Below are positions 29,220 to 41,794 of a stretch of 64,000 nucleotides of DNA, one piece after another. Source of the DNA: Candidatus Bathyarchaeota archaeon (GTDB taxonomy: Archaea; Thermoproteota; Bathyarchaeia; Bathyarchaeales; Bathycorpusculaceae); the NCBI GenBank assembly GCA_963720565.1, contig CAVRFW010000012.1:64001-128000 (forward strand). Reading direction: 5' to 3'. Each line of letters begins with the position of its first letter. The first letter of the stretch is position 1. Made by a program: the position numbers and the translations under genes. The notes below the pieces were generated by a model. The model did not search any database, was not told the origin of the DNA, and saw only the letters and a list, made by a program, of their open reading frames with translations.

Positions 29220-30827
29220 ATGGATGCAGTCGCTGTTATTTTTGGCACTGTTGGTGGCTTTGCCATCTTCCTCTATTCATTACGCACGTTGAGCGCCAGC
29301 GTAGAGAAATCCGCTGGCGAGAAAATTAAGCAGTCGCTTGCCAAACTAACAGGCAATCCCTTGAAAGGCTGTTTTGTAGGCGCTTTTACTGCGACGATGC
29401 TGCAAAGCAGTAGCCTAACGATGATTGTTCTTATTGGCCTGATAAATGCGGGCATTTTGACTCTGAAGCAGGGAATAGGAGTCATGCTCGGAAGCGAAAT
29501 TGGCACTACCGTGACTGCGCAGTTAATAGCGTTTAAAATTGGAGTTTTCTTTCTTCCTTTAATTGCAGTCGGATTCTTCTTGTCATCACTTGGCAAAAAG
29601 TGGAAAATACAAAAACATAGGTCAGATGATAATGAGTTTTGGCCTAATCTACTTAGGAATGGACCTAATGACTAGTAGTATTCAACCTCTTCAAAACGAG
29701 CCTGGCCTAAGCGATTTCCTATTTAATTTCGGACAATTTCCACTATACGGACTAATTGCAGGGATAGCTGTCACTGCTATGTTCCAGAGTAGTGCAGCTT
29801 TAGTGGCTTTGGTAATATCCTTGGGCATTAACAACTTAATCACCTTACCCGCGGCTATAGCTATGGTTCTTGGGGCTAACATAGGCACTTGTGTTGGCGA
29901 GTTGTTTGCAGTTATCGGGTCATCACTCGCGTCAAAAAGATTGGCTCTAGCTCAACTCATGATCAATTTGTTCGGAATTTTGTTATTCTTTCCTTTTATA
30001 GGCAACTTTTCGGGATTTCTTGAAACGTTGTCGTCTGATTTACCTAGGCAGATCGCAAATGCCCACACAATTTTCAACGTATCAGTCTCCGTAATTATGC
30101 TGCCATTAACAGGGGCTTTGGTTTCTCTCCTAGGGAGGCTCCTACCAGGAGAAGAATCTCAAATTAAAAGAGGTACCATATTCATAGATGAAAAGCTCTT
30201 AGCTGCTCCGTCCATTGCTCTGTCTCAAGCTGAAAAAGAAATTCTTAGAATGGGAAAACTAACATGCGAGATGCTGGATAAAGCAACATCAGCTGTACAA
30301 GACAACAAGAAAGAGGCAATTGCAAAAGTGAAAGAGTTGGAAGGGATTGTGGACGAAATCTATCATGCTGTTGACAAATTCTTAGAGGATAGTCGATTTG
30401 CAAACCTGAACGAGAACGAGTTGAAGAAACTAGCTTATCTAAAGCATAGTCTAAATGATATTGAAAGAGTTGGGGATCACGCTAATAATTTAGCAGAATT
30501 GGCAGAGAAGAAAATGAAAAAAACCTTGAAGTTTTCAGCAGATGCCAAAAGCGAGTTGGCCACAATGTTTATGAAAGCAAAGACGATTTTCGAAAAAGCT
30601 ATGGTTGCCCTTGAAGGTCAGGATGAGGAAGCTGTCAAGATGGTTCGGGAACTGGAAGAGGAGATAGATCGTTTACAGAGAGTTTTTGAGGCAAACCATA
30701 TTCGAAGACTAGAGAACAAGGTATGTGATCCACTAGGGGAATAATATTTGTCGATATCCTCAGAAACTTGGAACGCGTGGGTGATCATTCAACTAATATT
30801 GCAAACTCAATTCTACTAGGGTTCTAA
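29220..30827 (+). CDS. Na+/phosphate cotransporter with PhoU-like C-terminal domains, frameshifts
   Basis: QSSS..GSEIGTT, QSS..GANIGT, ANAHTIFN, two copies of ERVGDH. Confidence 0.9.
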
Positions 30828-30868
30828 TGCGGCATAATCCTGAATGAATGAAAAAAGCGTGCGCTCGG

Positions 30869-32195
30869 TTATTTGGATGTTGTGATTTGTACGTCTTTCA
30901 TTAGGATGTATGGTGAAAGTGAGGGCGGATCAGCTTCGACCCACCAGTGAACGTGCTGGCGTTCCCTACTCACTTCTATTACGTTGTTTAGCATTTTTAG
31001 TGCGTTGTCGCTTATTCGTATGTTTTTCAGAGACTGTCTTGATTTCTCCGTTTTCTATCTGGAAGATACCGTCGCGGGGTATCGTTGAGAAATCGCCTGT
31101 GGCATGGTTTTGGAATCTTGTGTACCACGTGTTTGTCAGGTAGAGGCCGTGTTTTACCTCTTTGATGAGTTCTTCTTTGTTCATTTCGCCAGGGTCCATT
31201 TCGAGGTTCCATGGCGTGGGGGAGACGATGCCAGCGTTGCCTGTGGTTGCGGTCTTGAAGATTTTCGCTGTGGACGTGTTGTGGAGGTAGGTTTTCAGTA
31301 CACCTTTTTCGATAATCACGTTTTCGCGGGTAGGTGCTCCCTCGTCGTCGAAGACTCTGTGTGACATTGAGTAGGCACCCGGCACATCTATCAAAGTAAC
31401 GTTTTCAGACGCAACTTTTTGTCTGAGCTTGTCGACGAAGATTGATAGTTGAACCATCACGTAGTAGGCGGAGGCCATGACTCCCCACATGCCCAGCAAT
31501 GAACCGAAGAACAATGGGTCGAAAACCACGTCGAATTTTCCTTCCACTCCAGGTTTTGGGTTTTTTGCTTGTCTGGCTATTTCTCCTGCTTTCTTGCCTG
31601 CTCTTGCAGCCTCAAAGCCTTTTAGTGTTGAGCCGCATTCGACTGCGTGGCCTGAGGCTTCTTTTTCGGAGAAGGCTCTGATTGAAAGTTCGACCGAGGA
31701 CCTGTGGTCAGTTCCGGCTGGGCCTTCAGATGATACTTGGTAAACGTCTGAAGTGTTTGTGTAGAAGATGCCTCCGCTATTTGTTTTTGGACCGGCTTCT
31801 TTTTTGGCTGCATCGATTGCTTCGAAGACGAGTTCCGCCGGGTTATCCAGGTTGTCTATTGTTTTGTCGGCTTTGTTTTTCGGGTAGTTGAATTTTCCTC
31901 TAGCGAAACCGCCGTGAGCTGGGTTTTCTTTGGAAACTTTGGCCAATTCGAAGAGGCGTTTCAGGGTCGGGTCTACTTTTTGGAAGTTGGCTATTTGGGT
32001 GGCGACGACTCGTTTCTTCCAAGACAAGACCACATCCGTCACGTAGAAGTTCCAGGCCAGCGACGTGTCAATCTGGTTATTGCTGAATCGTACTTGACGG
32101 TTTCGGCTTGCAACTGTTTTAGCTATTACTTCTTCAGCGCCTAACGCTTTGCTTTTTTTGACGATGTTTTCGGTTTTGGATAGGATTTCGCTCAT
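30869..32195 (-). CDS. pmbA: PmbA/TldE-family protein, frameshifts near the 3' end
   Basis: ATG 32195 overlaps the tldD stop (ATGA); RFSNNQI, FDDEG, TTGNA, WYTRFQ..TGDFST.PRDG. Confidence 0.85.
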
Positions 32196-33611
32196 TTCAC
32201 GTACACTCCCCTGAGCCTTATCATGGGTCCGCCTGTATAAACGGGGATTCCTTGCATGGGATCTCCTTTTCCACATGTAGCTGCATGCGTATTCGACCTT
32301 CTCGGACACGGCGTCTACTGCACTCCAGAAAACCTGCGTGGTTGTCTCGATCACGGGTCGAGCGACGCGTCCCTTGAGTTCGCCGTTTTCGATCAGGTAG
32401 GCTTCGCGACCCACGTAGCGCTGGTTGAAGCGTATGTCGTCGATGTTCCATTCGGTGAAGGACTTCATGTAAACTCCATGCTTGACATCGTCAAATATCT
32501 CTTGTTCGTTATAGTCGCCTGGCTCCACGAAGGTGTTGGACATGCGCACTATGGCTTCCCGGTCGTACCTTGTGGATCGGGAGGAGCCGTTGCTTCTGGT
32601 TTTTAGTTTGGAAGCGCTCTCTCTGTTTTGCAGAAACTCGTTGATGACGCCGTTCTTGTAGAGGTAGCGTGGTCTGGCCTTGATTCCTTCGTCGTCGTAC
32701 TCGAAGTAGCCGTAGCTGTTCTTCACGGTTGGGTCATCAATCACGTTCACTACTGAGCTTCCGATTTTGGTGCCAAGCCAAAAAGGACCCTTTGGGTATA
32801 TGAAGGACATGCCTGCTTGGCTCATTTCGCGGCCTAGTATTCTGTCAGCTTCCATCGGGTGCCCGCATGATTCATGTGCAGCTATACCCGTAACTTCCGA
32901 GCCGCAAATGAGATCCATTTTTCCAGGTGCGACAGCCTTGGCTTCCCTGATCGTGGTCTGCAGCATCTTCGCTTCGCTAATCATCTTCTCGGTCAATCGC
33001 CATTCCTCCAGTGCTTCCCAACCGCCTGAGTACCCGAACTGCCTGTATGATTGCTCGCACTTCCCGTTTTCCATAACCGTGAGATATGCAAACGCGCCAA
33101 CCGTGGGAAGGTAAGAGGAGATTGCGGAACCTTCAGTGTTGACAAAGTACTTTTCAATCGAACTTGTTCCGGACCTGAACATTCTTCCCGAAACGTTTAC
33201 TCCCTGAGAAGTCAGCTCCTTGTCGAGTTCCGTGAATGCATCGATCCGTGTTTCAGCCTGCACATCCTCGAGCCGCGTTTTCTCCTCTACCTTCCAGCTG
33301 GCTTTCACAGCTTTTTCTTTGGCGAAGGTGATTTTGTCTTTCCGGTTTGCCGTTTTCGCCAGTCTAAGAGCGAGGTCAACGATGCCTTCTGCCTCTTTTC
33401 TAGTCCACTTGTTAGTGGAAGCGAAGCCGATTCCGCCGTCCGCCAAGATTCGCACGCAAAAGCCACTGTCAACTGCTGAAACATAAGCGTCTAAGACGCC
33501 GTTTTTCATGGAGAGATCTTCGCTTTTCTCGCTGTGCGCCCTAACCTCCGCGTACTCAACCGCTTTTCCTGCGGCAATGCTTAACGCATAATCAACCAAG
33601 TCTTTGTCCAA
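32192..33611 (-). CDS. tldD: TldD-family metalloprotease, frameshift near 32285
   Basis: HESCGH (HExxxH), YDDEG, RMSNT. The corrected C-terminus reads CGKGDPMQGIPVYTGGP. Confidence 0.9.
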
Positions 33612-33837
33612 GTGAATTCACAGCTTCTCTTTAGCAGTAACAAGATTATAACTCTTCGCGAATCTATATTACCCGCCAGAATTCAAAACTTTTTCTCAAA
33701 CTGACAAGGATTGGCTACAAAGACATGTTAGGCGCGCTGATACTATATTGTAAATGAGTTGTTGGCCATAGCGAAATTTATATCGGGTTTCTTGCGTATT
33801 GTTTTAGCGGGGTTTGTGTCTGTGGAGGTGCGGGTGC

Positions 33838-34749
33838 TTGAGCTTTAAGAGTTTGTCAAATTACAAGGTGGTGCTGGTTCTTCTGCTTGTGGTTGCCATT
33901 AACCTGATTGTTTCTGCTCTAGTTTGGTATTCGGATTTTTTTGTTCACGGTGAACTCTATAAGTACGGTTTAGTTTACAGCCTTGATTGGGCGGATCCAT
34001 ATTGGGTTTCTACTGCGATGCTTTGGGCTGTCCTTGGGGGAGCTACCATTTTTGCAGCCATGGCCAGTTTCGTGCATTATTTGCCCTGCAGAGAGGTCAA
34101 CCGGTTTTCCGAATGGTCAAGAGTAGGCGAACCCGCTGTCATGCATTATGTGGACTCTAAATACTCTGGTCGCCTGTTGAGGTGGACAATGGTTTTGTTA
34201 CCTCTCTTGGCTCTCGTCTTCGAGGGAATAGGCGTCTTTTATTTTGACCAGAAAAGCTCTATCGTGTGGAACACTCTCAAAGACTACGGGCTGCGAAAAC
34301 GAGGCAGAGTGGGTAACAACTTACAACCTCATCAGTGTGCCTGCCGTCATGTTAATGGCAGTTGCGCTTTTTGTTTTGGTTATTCCGGCAGTCGTGGCTG
34401 CGAGTAGCGGATCCATGGTGAGGCGCTCCAACAATTTAAGAAGGGGCGAAGCCTCAATTACCCCGCAAATTCGGAAGAAGCGGTTGAGCTGCAACAGAAG
34501 ATAGTGCGACCTTTGGAAAGCCCAGGTGAAACGTCAATTGCTTTCGAAAAAGAGGAAATAAAGCCAGAAGACCCGGCAGTTCTGCAGTCGCCAATCCCAA
34601 TATACTCTTCAGAGAAACTTTTAACAGTACAGAAAAAACTAGAAATAGCGAGGGCAGAGGCCTCTACTGCAGCTGCGCAGAAGACTACAAAAAAGCGGAG
34701 AAAACGCTCACGAAGAAAGCGAAGGCAAAGTCGGTCACGGGCACAATAG
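33838..34749 (+). CDS. Membrane protein with two 'LY-x-YGL...W' repeats and an Arg/Lys-rich tail, frameshifted
   Basis: TTG start with a GGAGGTG RBS. Three consecutive ORFs are collinear with the paralog at 35615-36856; the product ends KKRRKRSRRKRR. Confidence 0.65.
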
Positions 34750-34877
34750 GTGCAGGCATGAAGTCAAGATGGCAGGCGCGTTTGATTCAATCCTGAAGAA
34801 GCTTTGCCAATCAGGTTAGGTGCATCGCTATTATTGTGGCGGAATAATGTTTTTCTTCCGGATCTTGAGAATTCTGA

Positions 34878-35172
34878 ATGGTTGTCTGTGTTGTCTGAAA
34901 TCGAGAAATTAACAGACTTGAAAGAGAGAATCATTAACATTGCGAGAAACGAGAGAAGCGGCTTGTTGATAATTCCCCTTGGAGTCTTTCTTGCTGGCAC
35001 AGGGTTAATCTTCAGTGTCATAGGAAGCAATAGTCCAGCATACATTGGCGGAATCCTGGTTTCTGGGTTGGGGGTTTTTTCAACTTTGTTTGGGTTCTAC
35101 ATATCGGTGCATTACGCTCATCAATACAATAACTTGCTCGATGAACTTGAAAACAAGGTTATAGTGAATTGA
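34878..35172 (+). CDS. Small two-TM membrane protein (start approximate)
   Basis: Amphipathic N-terminus followed by two hydrophobic helices (ORF 34804-35172). Confidence 0.6.
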
Positions 35173-35614
35173 GCCGGGCAGCATTCTCAACAGCGAAGGC
35201 ATGACAGCGCTTCGTGGGCTAGCGGTTCGTGGTGAGTTCGAAAGTTTCGCATATAATTTGGTAAAAACATAGATGAGGATGCTTTGCCCACAGCTCTAGG
35301 GAACGGTATATTCGTTGGACTATGAGGCACACTAGGTAATCAAATCGCCCACAAAGCTCTGATGCAACAGATAGAATATGCCATTAACAAATTGAAAAAA
35401 GAAATAGAGAACGGAACACACGAATGTGCTTCTTCGCGCGACGACTTAACGGAAATGACCCTGAAAGCCTTGGGCAAAAGGCGTTCGACAAAGGGGGAGA
35501 AAGCAGTGTTTATCGTTTTATGGTGTGCGCGGGTTGAAAAATTTATATTGTCTATCGGTCGGATTGTTGTAGGATGCCAGATCAGTGGTTTGATTCCGTG
35601 GAAGGGAAGGCTGT

Positions 35615-36856
35615 TTGGATCTTAAGAGTTTATTGAACTATAAGACCCTGTTCTTTCTGCTTTTCGTTGTCGCTGCAAACTTGGTAGTTTTTGTTTTGCT
35701 GGGGCGTTTGGACGGCTTCGTTCACGTTGACTTGTACGGTTACGGCTTGAATTTCAGCGGCGACTGGGCTAATGAGTATTGGCAGCTGAATGGACTGCTC
35801 TGGACCTTCCTTGCCGGAGCCACCGTCTTTACGGCTGTTTCGATGGTTTTGCATTATTTTCATAGTAAAAAGCCTAGCCGCTTGTCCAAGTGGACAGGAT
35901 TCTTCGTGCCCATCATCGCCATAGTCTACCAAGTAATTTCCATCATGTACCTTAACCAGATAAACGGACTCGTGTGGAACAAGCTCTACGATTACGGAGT
36001 ACGATACGACATCGACTGGTCAGCCACGTATAACCCCATCAGCATGCCAGCCCTCACTCTAATGGTAGTTGCGCTCTTGGCGTTGATTATTCCGGCGATA
36101 AGAACTTTAGACATAATTCAGATCGAGATTGTGCAGGAAGACGAATTCGAGGACGTGGCTACCGAAGATTCTGAAGAAGAGGTCGAGCAGCAGGAGATAG
36201 TTCAACCTTTGGGAAGAACAAGCTCTGCGTCCACAGCTTTAGAAAAAAAGGAATCGGAGCTAAAGATTTTTACAGGTTCGACTGCCTTGGAGAGAGAAGA
36301 GATTGAGCCAAAAAGCCTGACGGTTCTGCAGTCGCCAGAGCAGGCAGTTTTGCCGCCAGCCGCTTTAGAAAATTCGAGTGCAAAGTCGGCACCTGGGAGA
36401 ATAGATGAAACAGAACCAAGCTTGGCAGTTCTGCAATCAACAGAACCAGCAGATAGTTCAGAGAAACCTGCAGCGGAAGAGAAAAAGTTGGACAGAGTTG
36501 AGAAAGAAGCTTTGGCTGCAACTGTCAAGAAGACTACGAAAAAGCGGAGAAGACGCTCACGAAGAAAGAGAAGAAGATTACGTGCCAAGGCGCAGGTCAG
36601 TTCAGGGAAACCTGCGGCAAAAGAGAAGAAACTGGCTACAGCTGAAGCAAAGACTCTGGGTGTGCTGAAAACAGCGCCGAAGGCAATGCAGTCGTCGCCA
36701 ATAAAGCCTGCTATGGTGTCGCCTGGAAGAAGGAAGAAGACACTGGAAATAGTCGGAGCGGAAAAGTTAGCTGGGCAGAACAGGAAAAAGCGGAAGAAGC
36801 GCTCGCGGAGAAAGAGGAGAAAATCACGTATCAAGGCACCTTCGCCGCAAGCATGA
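35615..36856 (+). CDS. Membrane protein with two 'LY-x-YG...W' repeats, an acidic linker and two Arg/Lys-rich tracts
   Basis: Four TM segments; EDEFEDVATEDSEEE; KKRRRRSRRKRRR and RKKRKKRSRRKRRK. Confidence 0.75.
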   Translation: MDLKSLLNYKTLFFLLFVVAANLVVFVLLGRLDGFVHVDLYGYGLNFSGDWANEYWQLNGLLWTFLAGATVFTAVSMVLHYFHSKKPSRLSKWTGFFVPIIAIVYQVISIMYLNQINGLVWNKLYDYGVRYDIDWSATYNPISMPALTLMVVALLALIIPAIRTLDIIQIEIVQEDEFEDVATEDSEEEVEQQEIVQPLGRTSSASTALEKKESELKIFTGSTALEREEIEPKSLTVLQSPEQAVLPPAALENSSAKSAPGRIDETEPSLAVLQSTEPADSSEKPAAEEKKLDRVEKEALAATVKKTTKKRRRRSRRKRRRLRAKAQVSSGKPAAKEKKLATAEAKTLGVLKTAPKAMQSSPIKPAMVSPGRRKKTLEIVGAEKLAGQNRKKRKKRSRRKRRKSRIKAPSPQA

Positions 36857-36999
36857 AGTCAACCATCAGCGTTTGGTGTGCTGGCCTACTCCTTTAATGG
36901 TGCAAAGCCTGGATCATGAACATGCAGTTGTGCGTTGCATGTTATGCTATTTAAAACTAAAATAGAAGAATTGATTGAAGATAAGCTAAACATTGAGGC

Positions 37000-38281
37000 T
37001 TGGAAGTTGATGCATTTATGGGAAAAGAAACCTTTGATGTTGAAAAATCTGCAATGAAGTTAGTTATGACTGATAATGTAGTGGAGAAGAAGAAAATAGC
37101 TAAAAAAATCTTCGATGCTGCATCTGAAAAGGGGATTTTTCCTTCAAGTATTCAAAAGTTTTACGTGGCTCGCGGCAGTGGCAAATTTAGCGGTTGCACA
37201 GTTCCCGCCATAAACTTGAGGAGCATGACTTATGATTTGGCTCGCGCGATATTCAGAGTAGCAGAAAAGAATAATTCTGGGGCTTTTGTCTTTGAGATTG
37301 CCAGGTCAGAAATCGGCTACACCAATCAACCGCCGATTGAATTTGCAGGAATGGTTTTGGCCGCAGCTGTAAAGGAAGATTATTCGGGACCAGTCTTTAT
37401 CCAGGGTGATCATTTCCAGGTTAACGCTGCAAAGTTCAAGGAAAATCCTGAGAAGGAAATTGAAGGTTTACAGGCGTTGATAGGAGACGCGATTGATTCG
37501 GGCTTCTATAATATCGATATTGACTCGTCAACTCTTGTCGATGTATCAAAACCTGATTTGAAGGAACAACAACTTTTGAATTATGAAATCTGTGCGAGGC
37601 TTACCCAGTTCATCCGCCGTGTTGAACCCAAAGGAGTAACTATCTCGGTGGGTGGAGAGATAGGAGAGATTGGACACCAGAATTCGACGGCTGGAGATTT
37701 GCACGCATTTATGTCAGGCCTCGAAGACAAGCTGCAGAAGGGTTTGGTTGGCATAAGTAAGATTTCGGTTCAGACTGGCACTACTCATGGCGGTCTCGTT
37801 CTTCCTGACGGGTCGATGGCGCAGATCAAGCTTGACTTTGAAACGTTGAAGACTCTTTCCGGAAGTGGCTCGAAAAAGCTATGGATTGGCCGGGGCTGTT
37901 CAGCATGGAGCTTCCACTTTGCCTCCGGAGGCATTCCACAAGTTTGTCGAGTGCGAGACTGCTGAGGTGCATTTGGCCACAGAGTTTCAGAACATGATTT
38001 ATGAGTCAAAACACTTTCCAGTTCAGCTGAAAAATAAGATATACGAGTGGTTAGCAGTCAATGCGGCTGGCGAGGCTAAGTCGGGGGAAACAAAAGAGCA
38101 ATTTCTCTATAAGACTCGAAAGAAGGGGTTAGGACCATTCAAGAAAGAGATCATGAGTTTGCCGCAAAATAAACGTGATGCGATTGCCGCTGAGATCGAA
38201 AACAAATTTGACTTCCTCTTTAAGCAGCTCAACGTTGTAAACAAGAGAGCCTTAGTGGACAAATACATCGTCCACAAGTAA
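37000..38281 (+). CDS. fba: Class II fructose-bisphosphate aldolase family, frameshift near 37865
   Basis: VPAIN, FIQGDH, GGEIGEIG, GTTHGG, VQHGAS, EVHLAT. Confidence 0.88.
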
Positions 38282-38561
38282 ACAAGATTGTTCGGACCAA
38301 CCAAGCAAAAACAGGCTAAGTGTGCCATGAACGTTATTGTTTCCAAGAAACAAGCGAACAGCATAGGAAAGCTGATTTGGGAAAGAGAGGAGATAAACTG
38401 GTTGGTTTGTTCGGTCGCACTCCTATAGAAGGAAACGCTGCGCCTGTCGTTCATTAAGCCTTAAAGAGACTTAAATTTCGAGGCTACGATTCGGCTTGTG
38501 ACTGAGGTCTTCACAGCTAGATGATGTTACATCACGCGCCACTTATGTTTCCGTGGCAGAT

Positions 38562-39850
38562 TCAATTGGCGCTATCTTTTTTGTGTGCGTTTCCATCTTC
38601 ATCAACCGTTGTAATCGTGTTTGCTGCTATGTCTCTTTGCGCCAAGTAGCCGGGTCCAATCCAAGTGTTTTGTCCTACCTTGACTCCGGGCATGAGAAGC
38701 GCGTTTATCCCCGTTTTCACCTCGTCGCCCAGGATTACGCCTAGTTTTCTTCTGCCGGTGTCGACGATTTTGTTTTTAATCATCATCTTTACATGGTGGC
38801 ATCGTCGAAGCGGAGGTTGGCTATGAGTGTTCCCGCTGCAAGATTACAGTGCTCGCCGATTATGCTGTCGCCCATGTAGGATAAATGGCCCACGTGGGTT
38901 CTGTCCATGATTATGCTGTTTTTTATTTCGCAAGCGTTGCCGATTCGTGTGTTTCTGCCTAGGCTCGTGCAAGGTCTAATGTAGCAGTTGGGACCTACGT
39001 CGGCACCTTCATCGATGAACGATGGGCCTTCGATATATGCTCCTGAACGAACGCGTGCAGTCTGGGCAACCGTGACTGGCCCAAGCAGATGGGCTCCTTC
39101 CTCTACTGTTCCGAGGACCTTGTGTTCCATTCGCTTAAGTATCCAAGCGTTGGCTTCAAGCAGATCCCAGGGTTGTCCAATGTCCATCCAGTCGTTTTTT
39201 GGGATTTCAGAGGCATAGACTTTCTTCTTGTCTTTAATCATTAGTGAAATGGCGTCTGTGAGTTCTATTTCTCCTCGAACCGAAGATTTGAGCTTTTTAA
39301 CTGTTTTGAAAATCTCTGGGTTGAATACGTATAGTCCAGCGTTTGCTAGGTTTGATTGAGTTTCGCCCTGAGCTGGTTTCTCAATAAGCTGTTTAATTTT
39401 TAGGTTGTTTTCCAGTTCAACTATGCCAAAGTTTTCGGGTTTTCCAACTGGAGTAACGGCCATAACTGCGTTTGGGTTTTGGGTTTCAAACACTTGAATT
39501 AGGTTTTTGAGGACATCTTGTGAGAACAACAGGTCCCCGTAAACGAGAATGAAGGAGCCATCAACATATGGTTCTGCTATGCCTGCAGCGTTTCCGGTTC
39601 CAAGAGTTGAGGGCTGTTCAACATAGTCAAGTTTGAAACCGAATTTTTGTCCGGCGCCAAAATACTCGCGAATTGCCTTGCTAAGATAGTTTGTGACTAT
39701 GAGGGCTTCGGTTATGCCTGCCTTTTTTAGTGCGTCAAGGCAGTGTTCAAGGATAGGTTTTCCTCCGACCTTGATCAGGGGTTTGGGTCGCGTGGCGGTT
39801 AGGGGTAGAAGCCTAACGCCTTGTCCCGCGGCTAATATGACGGCTTTCAT
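38562..39850 (-). CDS. glmU: Bifunctional sugar-1-phosphate nucleotidylyltransferase/acetyltransferase (archaeal GlmU), frameshift near 38790
   Basis: ILAAGQG.RL.PLT..RPKPL, RGEIELTD, hexapeptide repeats, HLSYMGDS, DTGRRKLG. Confidence 0.92.
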
Positions 39851-41216
39851 TTGTTTTCTTTTGTCTCCTTGGCGCTATGGATGACGGCTTTTCCTTTTTC
39901 CATGATTTCGCGTGCAGCTTCTTGCGATTCGCCTTCAACAGTGACTCTAATGAGAGGTTCGGTTCCAGATGGTCTAATCAATAACCACCCGTCTTCAAGG
40001 GTTATTCTTACCCCGTCGACTGTGGAAAAGTCCTTGAAATTTGGAAAGGCTTGTTTTATGTTCTTATCCACTGAGGCTAAGACCAGTTCTTTCACATCAT
40101 TTTCGCAAGAGACCTTCTCGCGCAAAGTTATGAATCGAGGGACTTCTGCGATGAATTCACTCATGGTCTTTCCCGATTCTTCTAGGGCGTTGAGAAAAAG
40201 AACTGCCGATAAGGGTCCATCGGGACAATAATGATAATTGTCGGGTGCACCCAAGCTCCGCATGGTTCGCCGCCGAAAAGAGCCCCTACCTGCTGTATTA
40301 GTTCTGAGACGTAGACGTCTCCAACTTTGGTTCTTGCGACTTTTCCACCGGCTGCTTCTACCATTCGCTCTATGCACATTGACGCTTCAACTGTGGTGAC
40401 TATGGTGCCGCCTTTGTGCTTGTGGACAATATAGGACGAGTATGCGGATAGTGCGTGGTCGAAGTCGACGAAACTGCCTTTGTCATCGATGAAAGCTACG
40501 CGGTCAGCGTCTCCGTCGAATCCGACTCCCAGGTCGGCGTCCATTGCTTTAACTGTTTTAGAGAGGCCTGCGAGTGATTCTTTTGTTGGTTCGGAGCTTC
40601 TCGCGGGGAAAAAGCCGTCAGGATTAGCGTTTAGAGTAATTACTTCACAGCCGATCTCTCGTAAGGCTGTGGGGGCGACGTGGAAAGCGGCTCCGCATCC
40701 TGGGTCAGCAACGACTCGCCAGGATTTTTTGGGTTTTGCTACCGTTTTCACTAGATCTAAGTAGCGCCTGTTCTCGTCTGAAAAGGTTGTTTTTCCGATG
40801 GCTCTCCAGCTGGCAAGTTCGAAGTTGCCCTCAGCGATTCTCTTTTCGACGGCGTTTTGGAGTTCATCCGCGTAGGACAGACTGGTATTGTCGAAGATTT
40901 TTATGCCGTTGTACTCTGGAGGATTATGCGAAGCTGTAATCATGAAGCCAACATCAGCAGAAAGCGTTCTGGTCAGATACGCTAGCACCGGTGTTGGAGT
41001 TACTCCGATTTTGCAGGTGTCAACTCCGCATGCTGACAGTCCCGAAACTAGGGCGCCTTCGATTAAGGGACCGGTGACTCTTGTGTCTGTTGCCACAAGC
41101 GCTTTTTTCGCTTTTGAGACAGACGCTGTAGCCATGCCGACCTTGCAGGCTAACTCGGGCGTTAAGAACTCGTTTACAACGCCCCTTACTCCGGAAGTAC
41201 CGAATAACTTACCCAT
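39847..41216 (-). CDS. glmM: Phosphoglucosamine mutase, frameshift near 40240
   Basis: LFGTSGVRG, TASHNP, FDGDADR, GGE, RPSGTEP. Confidence 0.92.
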
Positions 41217-41794
41217 ACTCAATCAACCTCAAGTATACATTTTGAACGCTTAAAACGATTTTGGAGCTATATTCCCGCGCGCTCTGGTTAGTGTACTGAG
41301 TTTTTTCGACGTTGCTCTTTGTGCAACTACCATTGCGTTCGATAGTTGTCTCTCCGCTTAAGTCGCACGAGTATAGCATTGTTGAAAGGTAATTTAGCGA
41401 TGCTATAAAATTTCTTCACTAAAAATATGTAGCATAAATATGGTGTTAGCGAGTGCGTGTACATAAGAACGAGAATGAAGGGGTGTTCCGGGAAATGCGG
41501 GTTTCGAAGCACATGAGAGCGTTAAGTTCGAACAGGAGATCTAAGAATAGTCAAGCTTTGTGGCAATGCTTTTCGCAGACCGGGTCGGCTCTAGAAGGAA
41601 TCTTGGTGTTGACACAGTTGTCTAACTGGTTTTTTTGCGGAGGAATTCATTCTTTAATGTATGTTGGGGCGGCGGATAATGATTTCACCCCATTATTCTG
41701 GGGAACATGCATTGCTTCTGACAGCATAAGACGCGTTCAGCTTGTAGGGGAAATATCAAACAGAGTCTCTTTCAGAGACTTGATGGAAACTGCT

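Noticed and set aside
30966..33611. Apparent 881-aa TldD-PmbA fusion
   Set aside because: A frameshift near 32285 hides the normal TldD end (CGKGDPMQG...VYVK*), which overlaps the PmbA ATG as ATGA. The fusion is an artefact.
35270..35625. Possible gene remnant ending near TCGCGCGA (35434)
   Set aside because: It contains in-frame stops and has no identifiable parent family.
36202..36834. Long antisense ORFs here and opposite the por, tld, dpp and ATPase genes
   Set aside because: They are shadow ORFs of well-supported genes on the other strand.
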